Source: Neoconidiobolus thromboides FSU 785
Taxonomy: Eukaryota; Fungi; Entomophthoromycota
Direction of reading: 5' to 3'
DNA: 44,381 bases
Assembly: GCA_025603075.1 (NCBI GenBank)
Contig: MU626420.1
Span: 1 to 44,381 of the forward strand
Made by a program: the position numbers and the translations under genes. Below are positions 23,715 through 35,548 of the stretch, piece by piece. Every line of letters starts with the position of its first letter. Within the stretch, counting starts at the first letter, position 1. The notes under the pieces are model-generated. The model did no database searches and was not told the DNA's origin. It was given only the letters and a program-made list of their open reading frames with translations.

Positions 23715-24786
23715 TTAAAAGAGTTTGTTCATAAAGTTTAAAGAGACTTCAACACCTAATAAAATTATAAATAAATAGACATGATATTATAAGTATTATT
23801 ACCTAAAAAGCAAGCGGCATTTGCTGGGAAAGCTCTTAACATGGCGGGACCAAGGCCCTTAAACAAGGCACCTGGGCCTTCATGCTTAACTAATTTGACA
23901 AACACATCGGCTACACCTTTATAAGTTCCTTCTGGTGCAGTTTGAAGACGAGATTTAATTACATCTGGAGGCTAAAAATAAAGTTTAGAAAGGATGTTAA
24001 AAAATATTGTAAACTTACAATAGCAACAGCCCAATTAGCCATACCAGCTAAACCACCAGCTACGAATACAGCAAGTGGGCTTAATTGATCTGGGGTAGCA
24101 CTAGCAGGAGTGAATAATGCTTTAAATCCTTCGTAAGCTCCAAAATAAGCTACTGATCCAGGCACATCCCTTAAAAGAGTAGCAAAAGTACCTTTATAAA
24201 GGGACTTTATTCCTCCTTGAGCAAGCAAACCACGTACAGCATCTACAGGCCCCTTATATTTAGTGGTAACTTCAGCACTACTGCCTTGAATTTGCAAAAC
24301 ACATTTTACACGTTCAATTGGAGTCATTAATAAAGTGGCAGGAATTGCTGAAAAACCACCAGCAAAACAAATTTGAGACATGGTAAGTTTATCAGAAGGA
24401 TCCTTTTTAAATATAAAATGGGATACAAACTACTTATGAAATAAAATTACCATCTTTAAAACACTACGAACAATTTTTTGCCCTAAATCATAACCCCAGA
24501 AACAAGTAGCAAAAATGGGTGTTACACCCACCAAAGGAGTAAACATACCACGATATAAACCACGGAAACCATCTTTAGCAACGGTTTGTTTGAAACAATC
24601 AACAAGACCAGTATATTGATTTGAAGTTTGTAAACGAACTTTGATAAGATCTAATGGATGTCCGGCTATAACCAAACACATACCACCAAACCCACCAGAT
24701 ATAAAGGATTTGATACTTGAAGCAGCACCTTGTTTAATTTGCACTTCTTTTTCTTGTGTTGAAGCTTTTGGGTCTAATTCACTCAT
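23715..24786 (-). CDS. CRC1: Mitochondrial carnitine/acylcarnitine carrier (SLC25A20 family), 4 exons, ~309 aa
   Basis: Exons 24786-24451, 24402-24019, 23971-23803 and 23755-23715, all GT-AG and in frame. Three carrier signatures ([30 protein letters not shown]) and [12 protein letters not shown]. Confidence 0.93.
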
Positions 24787-25681
24787 AATCTAGAAGTTAA
24801 AAATACAGATAAATAAAATAAATAAAAACTATTATCATGAACTTACTTTGATAAAAAATATAAACTATAAATTCCTTGTCCAACCTATTTATACTTTCGT
24901 AAAAACTGGCAGTCATCCCCCTTTCCATTCCCTTTTTTGGTCAGTTTATCAAATCATTGATAGGACAGTTTGTTAGTCTTTCATTAAGTCTGTATCATGT
25001 GCAAAAATTAAAATTGATGATGAAAGAATTTTATTGGCTTATTTAGACTGGACCCAATAATTCTTTTTAAACTCAACAATTTTGTTTTTAATATGCTGTA
25101 AAGTTTAACATTTGAAAATTAAACTTAGTGGGTTTAACCGTGTTAGATAATTAGTACATGTTCGTTAAAACTTTTACCCGTTCTTTACAGCAATACTTTA
25201 TTATTTTACTAATCCACTTGGTATAATAATTAAGTCCACTATGTACTAATAAATTCTTGATTAATTTTTTAATATATAGATATGAATTTATTTTAAACTA
25301 TTTTTAAAAACATTTTTTAAAATACTCTAATAAATTACAATCTTAATCATAAAATTTCCACTTTTATCAAAATAATTCAAGCTCTAAAACTATCAATTTT
25401 TTTTATTACATTTGAATATTAGATATCCGCATTCAAATTAAAAATAGAATATAACTTAGTTATTAATATTGTTAAGTAAACATATGTTATACACAATTTA
25501 ACTTTTATTATAAACATCTTTATAAGTAGAGTTAAACTTTAAAAACAATAGCAATAAATAAAGTTTATAAGTTTACTTAAACTCATGATTTGAAAATTAT
25601 AGTTATTTTATTAAAAAATTAATATCATTCAATCTAAATCTTTAATTTTACTATTACCAACCACAAAAATTATTACCATAC

Positions 25682-25778
25682 AATGATGTCTCTTTTTGAC
25701 TAAGAGATTTACTACTATTTTTTCTGCTCAATAACGTTTAAAAAATGGAAAAAGTGATAAAACTAAAAAAACATCTCC
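25682..25778 (-). mobile_element. Degenerate MITE copy
   Basis: Core and ACATCTCC end retained. ATAC/ATAC TSD. Confidence 0.7.
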
Positions 25779-26028
25779 ATACTATATAAAACAAATAAAT
25801 ACACCTTTTTTATAAATAAATATATGAGCTCAGTATTTAAAACATCTATAATAGCTACAATAACAGTGTAGTTGTAAAATTATATGTAAGTTCTATTAAA
25901 AACTTATCCATTCAATTAAAATTTTTATTTGTTTTTCTAATTTAAGTGAAAATGTAAAAAAAATAAAACTTTCAAAAGCAAACCCAAAACTTCGTTAAAC
26001 TATCACTGTAAAATCTCCAATCCGGAAT

Positions 26029-27279
26029 TTAAATATCTTCCAAGTTAGAATCTTGGTCATTGTGGCGTAGATCAAGTGCAATCTGTCGAATCTAAAATAT
26101 TATTAATAATTGCTAATTCTCTTATCAACTTTACTTACTGTAAATATATCAATTGGTGGAAGTCTTGATAAGAATGCTTTTATTTCGGAACCTTCAAGCT
26201 CCTCAAGATAATCTTTAAATTGTTTAAGGATACCTAAAAATAATTTAGTTATTTATTTATAATATATTAATTTCATTTACCAATGCAAATATAAACATGA
26301 AAGTCCATAAAATCATTACTTGAGAAGTAAAGGTCCCATAAAGGTAATAAAGATTCAATTGAAAGTTCTTTTGATAGAAGAAAACGAAGCCATGAGGGTA
26401 CCCAATCATGGATATTCACTTGTTCTTCTTCAAAGTAATCATATCTAAAATGGGTTAAATATTTACTAGTATATAGTCTTAAGCTTATCCTACAGGTCAG
26501 GTATCACCTTGCGAAATAAGCTCTTAAATTGACTGATTTTTTCATGAAGTGTATCTTCATCTAAAACCTCATCTAAAAATTTATTAAATTTAATATTGTT
26601 TTATTAAATTTTTAATTACCAATTTTTTCAACAAGATTTTGAAAGCAATAAAACACATCGACTTCTTTACCTACTACAGTAATAAATGGTGTACAAAGGT
26701 GGACCCAAGAAGGATGAAATTGAGCTTGTTTATTATAATTAAGATAAGCACCAATTACCCGTTCATAAGTAATACAAGGTAATGTCTTTTTTAAACGTTG
26801 TTGAAGTCGGTTAACTTCACCACGTACCTTATTTTGCTCATCATAACTAATTTGGATTAATTGTTGATATTCTTCCATTCTAGCTTTCGATAGTTCCATA
26901 TCATTAGCTAGGTACTTTAATTTAATACCAATATATACCAAACTCTAAGTAAATACTTACTTCTATCGGAGCTTTCGGTCTTAAGTAAGTACTTCCAAAC
27001 CTCCTATAAAGTCAGAATTAATATCTAATTTTTTTTAGATGATTTGATAAAATAGATCTAATTTAAATAATAAACATTATAAAGATTATTTACCCCACGA
27101 AGTTCGTCTGGGATACCATAACGAGAAAGTTGTTGAAGTTTAGAAAGATCAACATACATTTCAGAGGTAAGAAGAGCATGGAATTCATCGATAGTATCTT
27201 CATAAAATGACTCATCTTGAACAAATTGTTTTGTTTTTTGTCCAGGTGAAATGGGAATAGGATAAGCAAATTCCATCAT
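26029..27279 (-). CDS. TBC-domain (Rab-GAP-like) protein, 7 exons, ~305 aa
   Basis: Exons 27279-27094, 27003-26961, 26907-26620, 26572-26494, 26444-26281, 26233-26139 and 26091-26029 splice in frame (918 nt). Motifs GIPDELRGEVWKYLL, IPDLYDYF and LLPLWDLYF are typical of TBC domains. Confidence 0.85.
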
Positions 27280-29180
27280 TTTAATGAAATAGAGTAATTA
27301 TTCTAAGCTAGAATAAATTAAATATCAGCTCATTAATTGGATCATAATAAAATATACCTTATTACTCTATGAAAACTGAATAATTTCTAAAACTCTAGTT
27401 ATCTATTAAATCCTTAAACGTTTAACCTAAGTTCTAACTAATTATATAGAATAATGTTAGAGCTGTTAATTGACACAAGTAAGAATAACAATAGGTAGAT
27501 TAAATTGGTTATTGGCCTAAGCTAAAAGTGCTTCGGATCAGCCGAAATTGGTGTATAGAGTGAGTAAAAATACACTAAAAAAATTGGAAGTATGAATCCA
27601 TCTGTATTTTATCTAAATTTCCATTAATTACTTTCCTCAATGAGGGCAAAAATCCTCCATTTGTGTTAAAAATGAGGTCATTATTGAAAATTATTTAAGC
27701 TTTTAGTTCCCAAAAATGGGGCTTTTTGAAATAATTTAAGAAATTTTGTCAACTTTTGATATCATTCTTGTGCAAACCATAATCAACTAAAAAAATAGAG
27801 TGGAAATACGAATGCAAAGTTTCATTATGATTTGAAATTTAGTGATATTAACCAAAAACTTGTTTTTTAAAGCCATTTTATTGGTCAATAAAAATAAGAT
27901 GATCCAAAGCTTCATTTTATTGATTTGGATTGAATTGGTAATTAATATTGTGGAGTTTTTCCTAATCAAAGTTTCAGTTTATAAAGCTTAATTTAACAGC
28001 AATTGAAGCCAAGTTAATGTTTTCATTGGTTTACATAGCATTGAGACTTGTACTGGTTTATCAAAAAGTAAGTGTTATTAAACGGTAATTAAGTAATCTA
28101 GAACTGACTCAATTGAAAATTCTACTTGGGCAATTAGTTTTGTGATGGGAGAATTTTGTAGTTGTGATACAAATTTTAATGACTGGGCTAAAATAGAAGT
28201 TTAACACCAGCCTTTTAGTTAAAAATATGATACAATTTATCCGTTGTTGTTCTTAAATTTACGATCAAAAATGTTTACATAACAAAAGAAAATTACTATT
28301 TCTTTTGATCAATATTTAAAGCAATATTTTTTTAGAAAATAATCAACTTTTAGTCTTAAGCTATTCTTTACGCTAAATCTATGTCTTCTAGTTTAAATCT
28401 TAATATTATAGATTAAAGTGGGGCCACCTTGTTAAAATTATTTTTCCCTGTTTAAATCGTAAATTTTAGTTGTACAAAGTGGTTCGTGTCATGTGCTTAG
28501 CCTTAAATAATCTTCACTATATTTAATCAGTATAATTTTTATATGGTTTAATGATTATTTAAAGTGCAAAAATAATATATTAGATACCTAATGGAATTTG
28601 CAGCATTTTTGCTGTTAATTTAGATGTCATATAATATTAAATATCTTTACATAAATTTTATTTATGACAGATGAATTATTAATCTGCTATTAATAGTTTC
28701 GTTTTTGTTTTTGTTTGTCTGAATATATTCTAAATTAAATTTACTGTATTTTTCCTTAAATCGGTTATTGGCATATTTGTCTCTTTTTTAAAATAAGTGT
28801 TTATTATAATTAATATTTTTAATAGTCAATATTTACTGATCATTTTAAAGGTTTGTCTAAATGGTGTGGCTTAAATAGTATTTTACTCAACAAAAACGTT
28901 TAAGACTGCACATTTCAAATTCTAATTGACTACATTTTTTGACTGAATTATTTTTAAAGCATAAAATCTAAATTTTATGTAACTTTTATTAAGATAAAAA
29001 TATAAGTGAAAGTAAAAAAAGTTTCATATAATTTAATAAAACAATGTAAACCATAAAAATTAATCTATAATTTAAGGATGTATTTTTCGTTTGAAAATTT
29101 TATAACAAATTTAAATAAAAAAACTTTTGATTAAGTATATCTGAATTTAAAAACATAAAAACTCTAATTAAAAAAACTAT

Positions 29181-29643
29181 TATGAAATCTGGTACTCAGT
29201 GTTTGGAGTCAAGAACAGCTATTGCTGGGTTGACTACACTATAAGTCGAAAGGTCTTAGTTTATGTGACTAAGATAGACTTGGGTTATAAGGAATAGCAC
29301 GTAATAAGTTACAAGCTATATAAGACAAATAGAATAGACAATACTAATGTAAATCTACGTAAAACACTACTAACAAAACTTAGTGGCTTTATTAAATGTT
29401 CGAGATATCAGGGAATAATTCAGTTAAAAAGCCTCGAGCTATTATGTTTTAGAATCTCTTTTATACTCCGATAAGTATAAATATCAAAACGAGGGGAGAA
29501 TATCCTTTGAGACGAAGATAGAAATTCTTATAGCAAACCAAACTAAGAACGTGAGATTGATTTTCTCTGAATTCGAGAACACAACAGCTTAGGCGATTGC
29601 TATGCTATAATTAACCATGGGAGTGACAAAGCGATATTTCACA
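29181..29643 (-). mobile_element. Solo-LTR-like element, copy C (complete, 463 bp)
   Basis: On the minus strand it starts TGTGAAATATCGC and ends CCAGATTTCATA (8-bp terminal IR, 1 mismatch). Flanked by CTAT/CTAT direct repeat. Confidence 0.75.
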
Positions 29644-29737
29644 CTATTTAAGTTAATTAAATTTACTATATAAATTATGGCTAAATTAATTACTAAAAAT
29701 GCAGTTAGTTTTATAAATAAGTTAATAATTATTATAT

Positions 29738-29846
29738 GGGTGTGTTTTTTTGGCTTCATCACTTTTCTGTCTCTTAAGCACTATTTAAGTAGAAAAATTG
29801 TTAATAAAATTGTTAATAAAATTGTTAAACTTAAGAATACATCACT
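29738..29846 (+). mobile_element. MITE copy with internal 12-bp duplication
   Basis: ATAT/ATAT flanks. TTGTTAATAAAA is duplicated, which lengthens the copy to 109 bp. Confidence 0.8.
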
Positions 29847-30209
29847 ATATCATAATTGACTATAAAGCTGATAAAGTAATATTCTACAATAACACTGCAT
29901 AAATATTTGTTTTTTTATTTATATCTTATTATTATTGCTACTAATATAATTTTATACTTTATTAAATAGCTTTAAATATTTTTTTTATTTAATTTTTGGC
30001 TTTTTATAATTAATGTAAAATAAGTAAGCTCTTAACTTTATTTATTTATATTAAAAATTATAGTTTTGATATACTTTACTTTTAAAAATATTGAGCAATA
30101 AAGTACAAAAAATTAAAATAATAATATTCAGCTTTAAAATACATTTTATAAAAGTCACTTTAATTAAAAAAGTCCAAATAATTTTATTATGATTATTTGA
30201 GTAAAACAT

Positions 30210-30306
30210 GGGAACGTATTTTTTGCTTAAGAATTTTACTAACAATTTTTCCACTTAAATAGTGCTTAAAAGATGGAAAAATAATGAAACTAAAAAAAAC
30301 AGCCCC
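30210..30306 (-). mobile_element. ~97-bp MITE copy
   Basis: Family core intact. Flanks ACAT/ATAT. Confidence 0.85.
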
Positions 30307-30331
30307 ATATAATTATTCAAATAAAGAATAT

Positions 30332-30428
30332 GACGATATTTTTTTTAATTTCATCATTTTTCCATTTTTTAAGCGCTATTCGAGTGGAAAGATTGCTAGT
30401 AAAATTCTTAAACACAAAAAACACCCCC
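30332..30428 (+). mobile_element. ~97-bp MITE copy
   Basis: Family core intact. ATAT/ATAT. Confidence 0.85.
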
Positions 30429-30540
30429 ATATTTATTAGAAAATTATATTAGTCAATAAAAATGTTTAAAATTAAGCTAGTTGCTATCATAATTAGTTTT
30501 TAGTTTTTTAAAAAGATTAATAAAAATTAGCCAATTATAT

Positions 30541-30636
30541 GAGGATGCTTTTTTCAGCTTCATTACTTTCCCATCTTTTAAACGCTATTTGAACCGAAAA
30601 ATTGTAGTAAAATTGTTAAATACAAAAATATATCCC
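30541..30636 (+). mobile_element. ~97-bp MITE copy
   Basis: GAGGATGC...ATATATCCC. ATAT/ATAT. Confidence 0.85.
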
Positions 30637-30839
30637 ATATTATAATTTTAGTACTTGAAGAAAATTATAAAAGTTTTTATAAAATTTGATATAATAGCAA
30701 ATAAAATTTAAAAAAATAATTGCTTATAATGATTTTTAGCTTAAATCAAAATATACTTTTTTTATTGATATTAATTTTTTTGACTTGTTTGTATTTTTAT
30801 ATTTTATATTTTAGATTAATTAAACTAACCTTAACATAT

Positions 30840-30931
30840 GGGGGTGTTTCTAGTTTCATTATTTTTCCATTTTTTAAGCGCTATTTGAGTGGAAAGATTT
30901 TTAGTGAAATTCTCAAAAAAAACACATCCCC
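30840..30931 (+). mobile_element. ~97-bp MITE copy
   Basis: GGGGGTGT...ACATCCCC. ATAT/ATAT. Confidence 0.85.
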
Positions 30932-31694
30932 ATATTAATAAATTAATTTAAAATGATTTTTATACTTTTTTATTTAAAATAAAATGTTTTTTCAAATAAA
31001 TAACTGTATAATTAATATAATGTCTAATAAATTAAACACAAAATAACTAAAATTCTAATCACTATAAAAATAGATTTTACTTAATATATTAAAAAGCTAA
31101 AAAAATTCAATAATGACTTAATATAATATTTAGATAATTAAAAATAAACCAGTGTTATATATTTTTAAATTTAATTAAAGTTGCTAACATTTTTAATAAT
31201 TCCAAAAAGTTATAATTATAAACATAACTATTAACTTTGATAAATTTATAAGCTTAAATAATTAAATAATATAATTGTAGAAAAAAGTTATTGAGATTTC
31301 AATGGAAATTTATTAGAACTTCATAAGCTTTCTAAAAAAATAGTTAATAAAAAAAGTAGAATGACTCAATAAAGATCATGCGACTATTATTTATTTAATT
31401 GGACCCTGACAAGAATTTCTCATCTTTTAATTCTTAATTTTACTAAACTTTTAAATAGAACCTTAAGATTGGTCATTCAGTTGGAATTAGCCAATAATAC
31501 CCGAATTTAAAAAATTAGTAAATGAACCACTATTTAGTTGAACTACCAAATAAAGCAATAAAATAATTATTAAAATCATAAATAAAGCAATTGTCATATT
31601 CTTAAATTTTGAAATTGGAGGTTATATATAAATAAAATAAACATTGACCTTTTCTCAACTTAAGAATTTTATCTGTTTTTTTATTTAATCTATA

Positions 31695-33930
31695 ATGTTA
31701 CCGCTCTATCTATTTTTCATATTATTATCCTCATTATTAGCAAAGGAAGGAACAGTAGCCCCATACACATTAAATAGTGTTAAATTACCCAAAGTTGTTT
31801 TATATAATTTTAAATTAGATTTTGAAATCACATTATCTTTTAAGACTGGTGAGTTTTAGAAAAATTCATATAGAAATTTATTCATTAAAACTAATTAAAC
31901 ATTATTTAGTCAATGTCAATGAATCTATTCCATATCATATTTATCAAGGTAGTACCCGAGAATCATCCGAATTAATAGGGTTTGGTAATTTAAATGCCAA
32001 TGATGGTGATGATTTTGTATTAGATTCCGGTACTTCGGTTCATAAAGGGGAATATTTAGCCCATTATAATATCAAAGATATTGATTGTATCAATCAAGTG
32101 AATCGGAATATATATATAACTATTTCTTATAAAGATAATGAAATAGCTGAAGTATCTCAAATAGTTCATGGTATGCCAGGATGGGTGACTTTATTACCTA
32201 TCTTATTATTATTAGGAATTGCTTTATTTTCTAATCAAGCATTAGTGGCTTTGATTGCAGGTGTATTTTTAAGTTCTACATTTATAAATGGATTTAATCC
32301 ATTAACGGGATTTTTAAGAATGTTGGATTATTATACTATTCAATCCTTAGCTGATTTAGATCATACTAAAATTGCTATGTTTACTTTTTATTTAAGTGGA
32401 ATGATAGCTATGATTCAAAAGAGTGGAGGAGCTCAAGCATTAGCTGATAAAATTAGTAGTTTCGCATCCAATAGAAGACGTGGTCAATTAGCTACCTTTT
32501 TGATTGGTTTATTAATATTTTTAGATGATACAGCATCGATCATGATTGTTGGTTCTAATTTTCAACCTGTTACAGATAAATTACAATTATCTAGAGAAAA
32601 GTTAGCTTTTTTAGTTCATTCTACTTCATCTCCTGTTTCTTCTTTATCCCCAATTTCTTCTTGGATTGGATTTCAAGTGGGTTTAATTGCATTACAGTTA
32701 AATTCTTTGAATATTCAAGAAGATCCATTTATTTTATTTTTACAAACAATACCATCAAGATATTATCCCATATTTATGTTAGTATTAACATTAATTACAA
32801 TTGTATTTAAAAGAGAATTTGGACCAATGTTAGTAGCTGAGCGACGAGCATTTATTGATGGAAAAGTATCTAAAGAAGACAATAATAACTTAATTGAAGA
32901 TAAGGATCCATTAGAACCCAAAGAAAATTGTCCAAAGCGTTGGTTTAATGCAGCCATACCAATATTAATTACTATTGTTGTTACTGTATTAAGTTTAATG
33001 TTATCGGGATATTATAGTTTATTAGATAAACAAAGTAAAGGGGAACAAGTTTCTTTTTCAGCTGCAGATATTGCTGGTGCTGGTGATCCATATGGTTCCT
33101 TATTATATTCTTCATTTACTGGTTGTTTAACATGTATTTTATTATATAAAATACAACGTATTATGAATGTGACTGAATCAGTTGAAGTTTTAATTTATGG
33201 TGTAAAAGATGTAGTTGAAACATTAATTATATTGATATTAGCTTGGGCTATCGGTAATGCGTTTTTAGATTTAAATTGTGCTAAATTTTTAGTTTCTGCA
33301 TTATCTTCTTCATTACCAAAAGGAGTAGTACCTTCAATTGCTTTCTTATTTGCTTGTGTTATTTCTTTTACTACAGGTACTTCTTGGGGTACTACTACTA
33401 TTATGTTTCCATTAGTTATTCCATTAGCTCATGAAACAGCTCCTGGTGATCGATTATTATTATTAAATACTATCTCAGCCATTTTAGCAGGTGCCTTATT
33501 TGGTGATCAATGCTCTCCTATTTCATCTACTACTATTTTAACTTGTTTAACATCCAAAGTTCAAGTTAGAGCTCATGTGAATTCACAATTACCTTATGCT
33601 ATATTAGTTGTATTTTCCTCACTCGTTTTAGGCTACCTTCCATTAGGTTATAACCTTTTCCCAGATTGGGCTGGGTTATTAGTTGGTATTGCATTTATGT
33701 GCTTAGTATTCTTCTTAATTGGAGAACCTTCAGATCGAGTAATTAAAGCAGGATCAAGTTATGGGATCGTTGGAAGATTCGTTCAAAGGTTAATTCCTTT
33801 TAAAAGAAACCAAGAAAGTGAGGAAGAGATAATTGATAGTCATGATAATTTAGATGTTTTTATAGAAAATGCTTTACCTTTACCTTCAAATTCGAATTCA
33901 GGTACTTCTACTCCTCATCCTAAAAATTAA
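31695..33930 (+). CDS. NhaC-family (COG1757-like) Na+/H+ antiporter-type membrane protein with N-terminal signal peptide, 2 exons, ~724 aa
   Basis: True start is ATG 31695 (MLPLYLFFILLSSLLAKE..). Intron 31849-31909 (GTGAGT..TTTAG) joins in frame to the 702-aa ORF. Motifs IFLDD, SREKLAFL, FTTGTSWGT and GALFGDQCSPIS, with many hydrophobic segments. Confidence 0.85.
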
Positions 33931-34028
33931 AATTTAGTTGTTTTTCTTGAAAGCTAGTATGCTTTGTTTTTTAGTTAATAAATGATCAAATTTCTTTTTA
34001 CTCTTTTTATAGTTTATATTTTTACTTA

Positions 34029-35536
34029 ATGAATTTATCATTATCTTATTTTCAATTTCAACAAGGTATACCATTAAAATTAATTGATTTATTCCAACAT
34101 TGGTCAAATGTAAATTTATATTATTATTTATATTATTATTTATATTATTATTATTTATTTATTTAGTTTGATGATAAAGAGAAGTTGCAGATAGAGATTT
34201 ATAACGAAGTAAAAGATCAATGCTATAAAATTTAAAATTAATCTATTTTCAAGATTTTAATTAAAAGTAAATTAAAAGTCCATGATAAAGAGATAATTAT
34301 ACCAAGCAAAAGTTATCACTTTTCATTTATTAAACATTTAATACGATTATTAGAAAAAGAAAATGAGGTGAAATAATTTTAAAAAAGATACTCAATTACA
34401 TTATTAATCTTAATATTTTTAAAAGCAAGTGAATGAATTAATTTATGATTATTCTAGTTTTTTATTGAATGGTAACAATTAATTACTTAACATTTCTATT
34501 ATTAATTTATTATAATAGAAAATGAAGATTATTTTTATAAAAGATATTCAATTAGCAATTCCACTTCAATATTATTAAAAGAGGATAAATTTTTAATATC
34601 TAATGGTACTACTGGTTTAAGAACTTGGTAATTGAATTGTTTTATTAAATAATACTCAATATTAAACGGAATTTATTAAAAGGCAAGCTAGGTAGATAAT
34701 GATGTTATTATTATATTGCTATTTTATAGAGCTGTTATTTAGTTTAAGAATGATTGAATATCTTCAAGAAAATCCAGGTAACTATAAACAAATGAATAAA
34801 TAGTAGCTTATATATTTATATAATATTTTAGATATTATAAAAAATAAGAGTATATTAGAAATTGGATCAGGAATTGGATTATTAGGTATTTATTATAATT
34901 ATATTATACCATATTATATTATTAATTTATTTATTTGTTTATCAGGGATAACATTATCCAAATTTCATATTAAAAATATAACATTAAGTGATGTTCATGA
35001 TTCTGTATTAAGTTTATTAGAGGGAAATGTAGAACTAAATCAACTTAACTTAGATATAAAACGATTAGATTGGAATAATTACAAAGAAAAAGATTTACTA
35101 AATTATGATGTGATGATTGGCTCGGATGTGGTAATAATTTTATTAATTATATTTATGATACGATAGAATTATATGTATTAATAATAATATTAATGAATAG
35201 GCATATGATCCTAGTTTAGCTACAATTTTAGCTAGTTTTATTGGTCAATTTTTAAGATTAAATTCTAAATCTCAAGTTTGGTTGGCTTGTACATTAAGGA
35301 ATGAAGAGACATTTCAAATATTCCAAAATAGTCTAGGTAAACAACATATTATGTTTTATCATCTAATATAAGCTATAATTAATCAAACTAACTGATAATA
35401 ACATATAGATCAACAAAGTGAATTATATTATATTATTGAAGATTTACCCTCAAAGTTTAATTCTAATTTTTATTATGAAGATTGTTATTCTTTGATTAAA
35501 TTAATTAAAATTCAATCCAAAGTGAATTTTAATTAA
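34029..35536 (+). CDS. EFM3: Protein-lysine N-methyltransferase, EFM3/EEF2KMT (FAM86) family, ~11 exons
   Basis: Missed by the ORF track. Spliced reading gives SNGTTGLRTW-QAS-LRMIEYL, motif I ILEIGSGIGLLG, ITLSDVHDSV, RLDW, DVMIGSDV-AYDP and ACTLRNEETF. The first exons (from ATG 34029) are less certain. Confidence 0.8.
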
Positions 35537-35548
35537 ATGATAAAATTA

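Noticed and set aside
27530-28210. Slightly GC-richer region upstream of the TBC gene as a decayed gene
   Set aside because: Stops are frequent in every frame I tried and no motif was recognised.
1102-30938. Short ORF-track ORFs in intergenic DNA (1102, 1839, 3053, 5413, 7567, 8897, 19105, 19954, 23276, 27787, 29677, 30051, 30720)
   Set aside because: 60-78 codons, F/L/I/K/N-rich and without motifs. Several are simply read-throughs of MITE or LTR copies.
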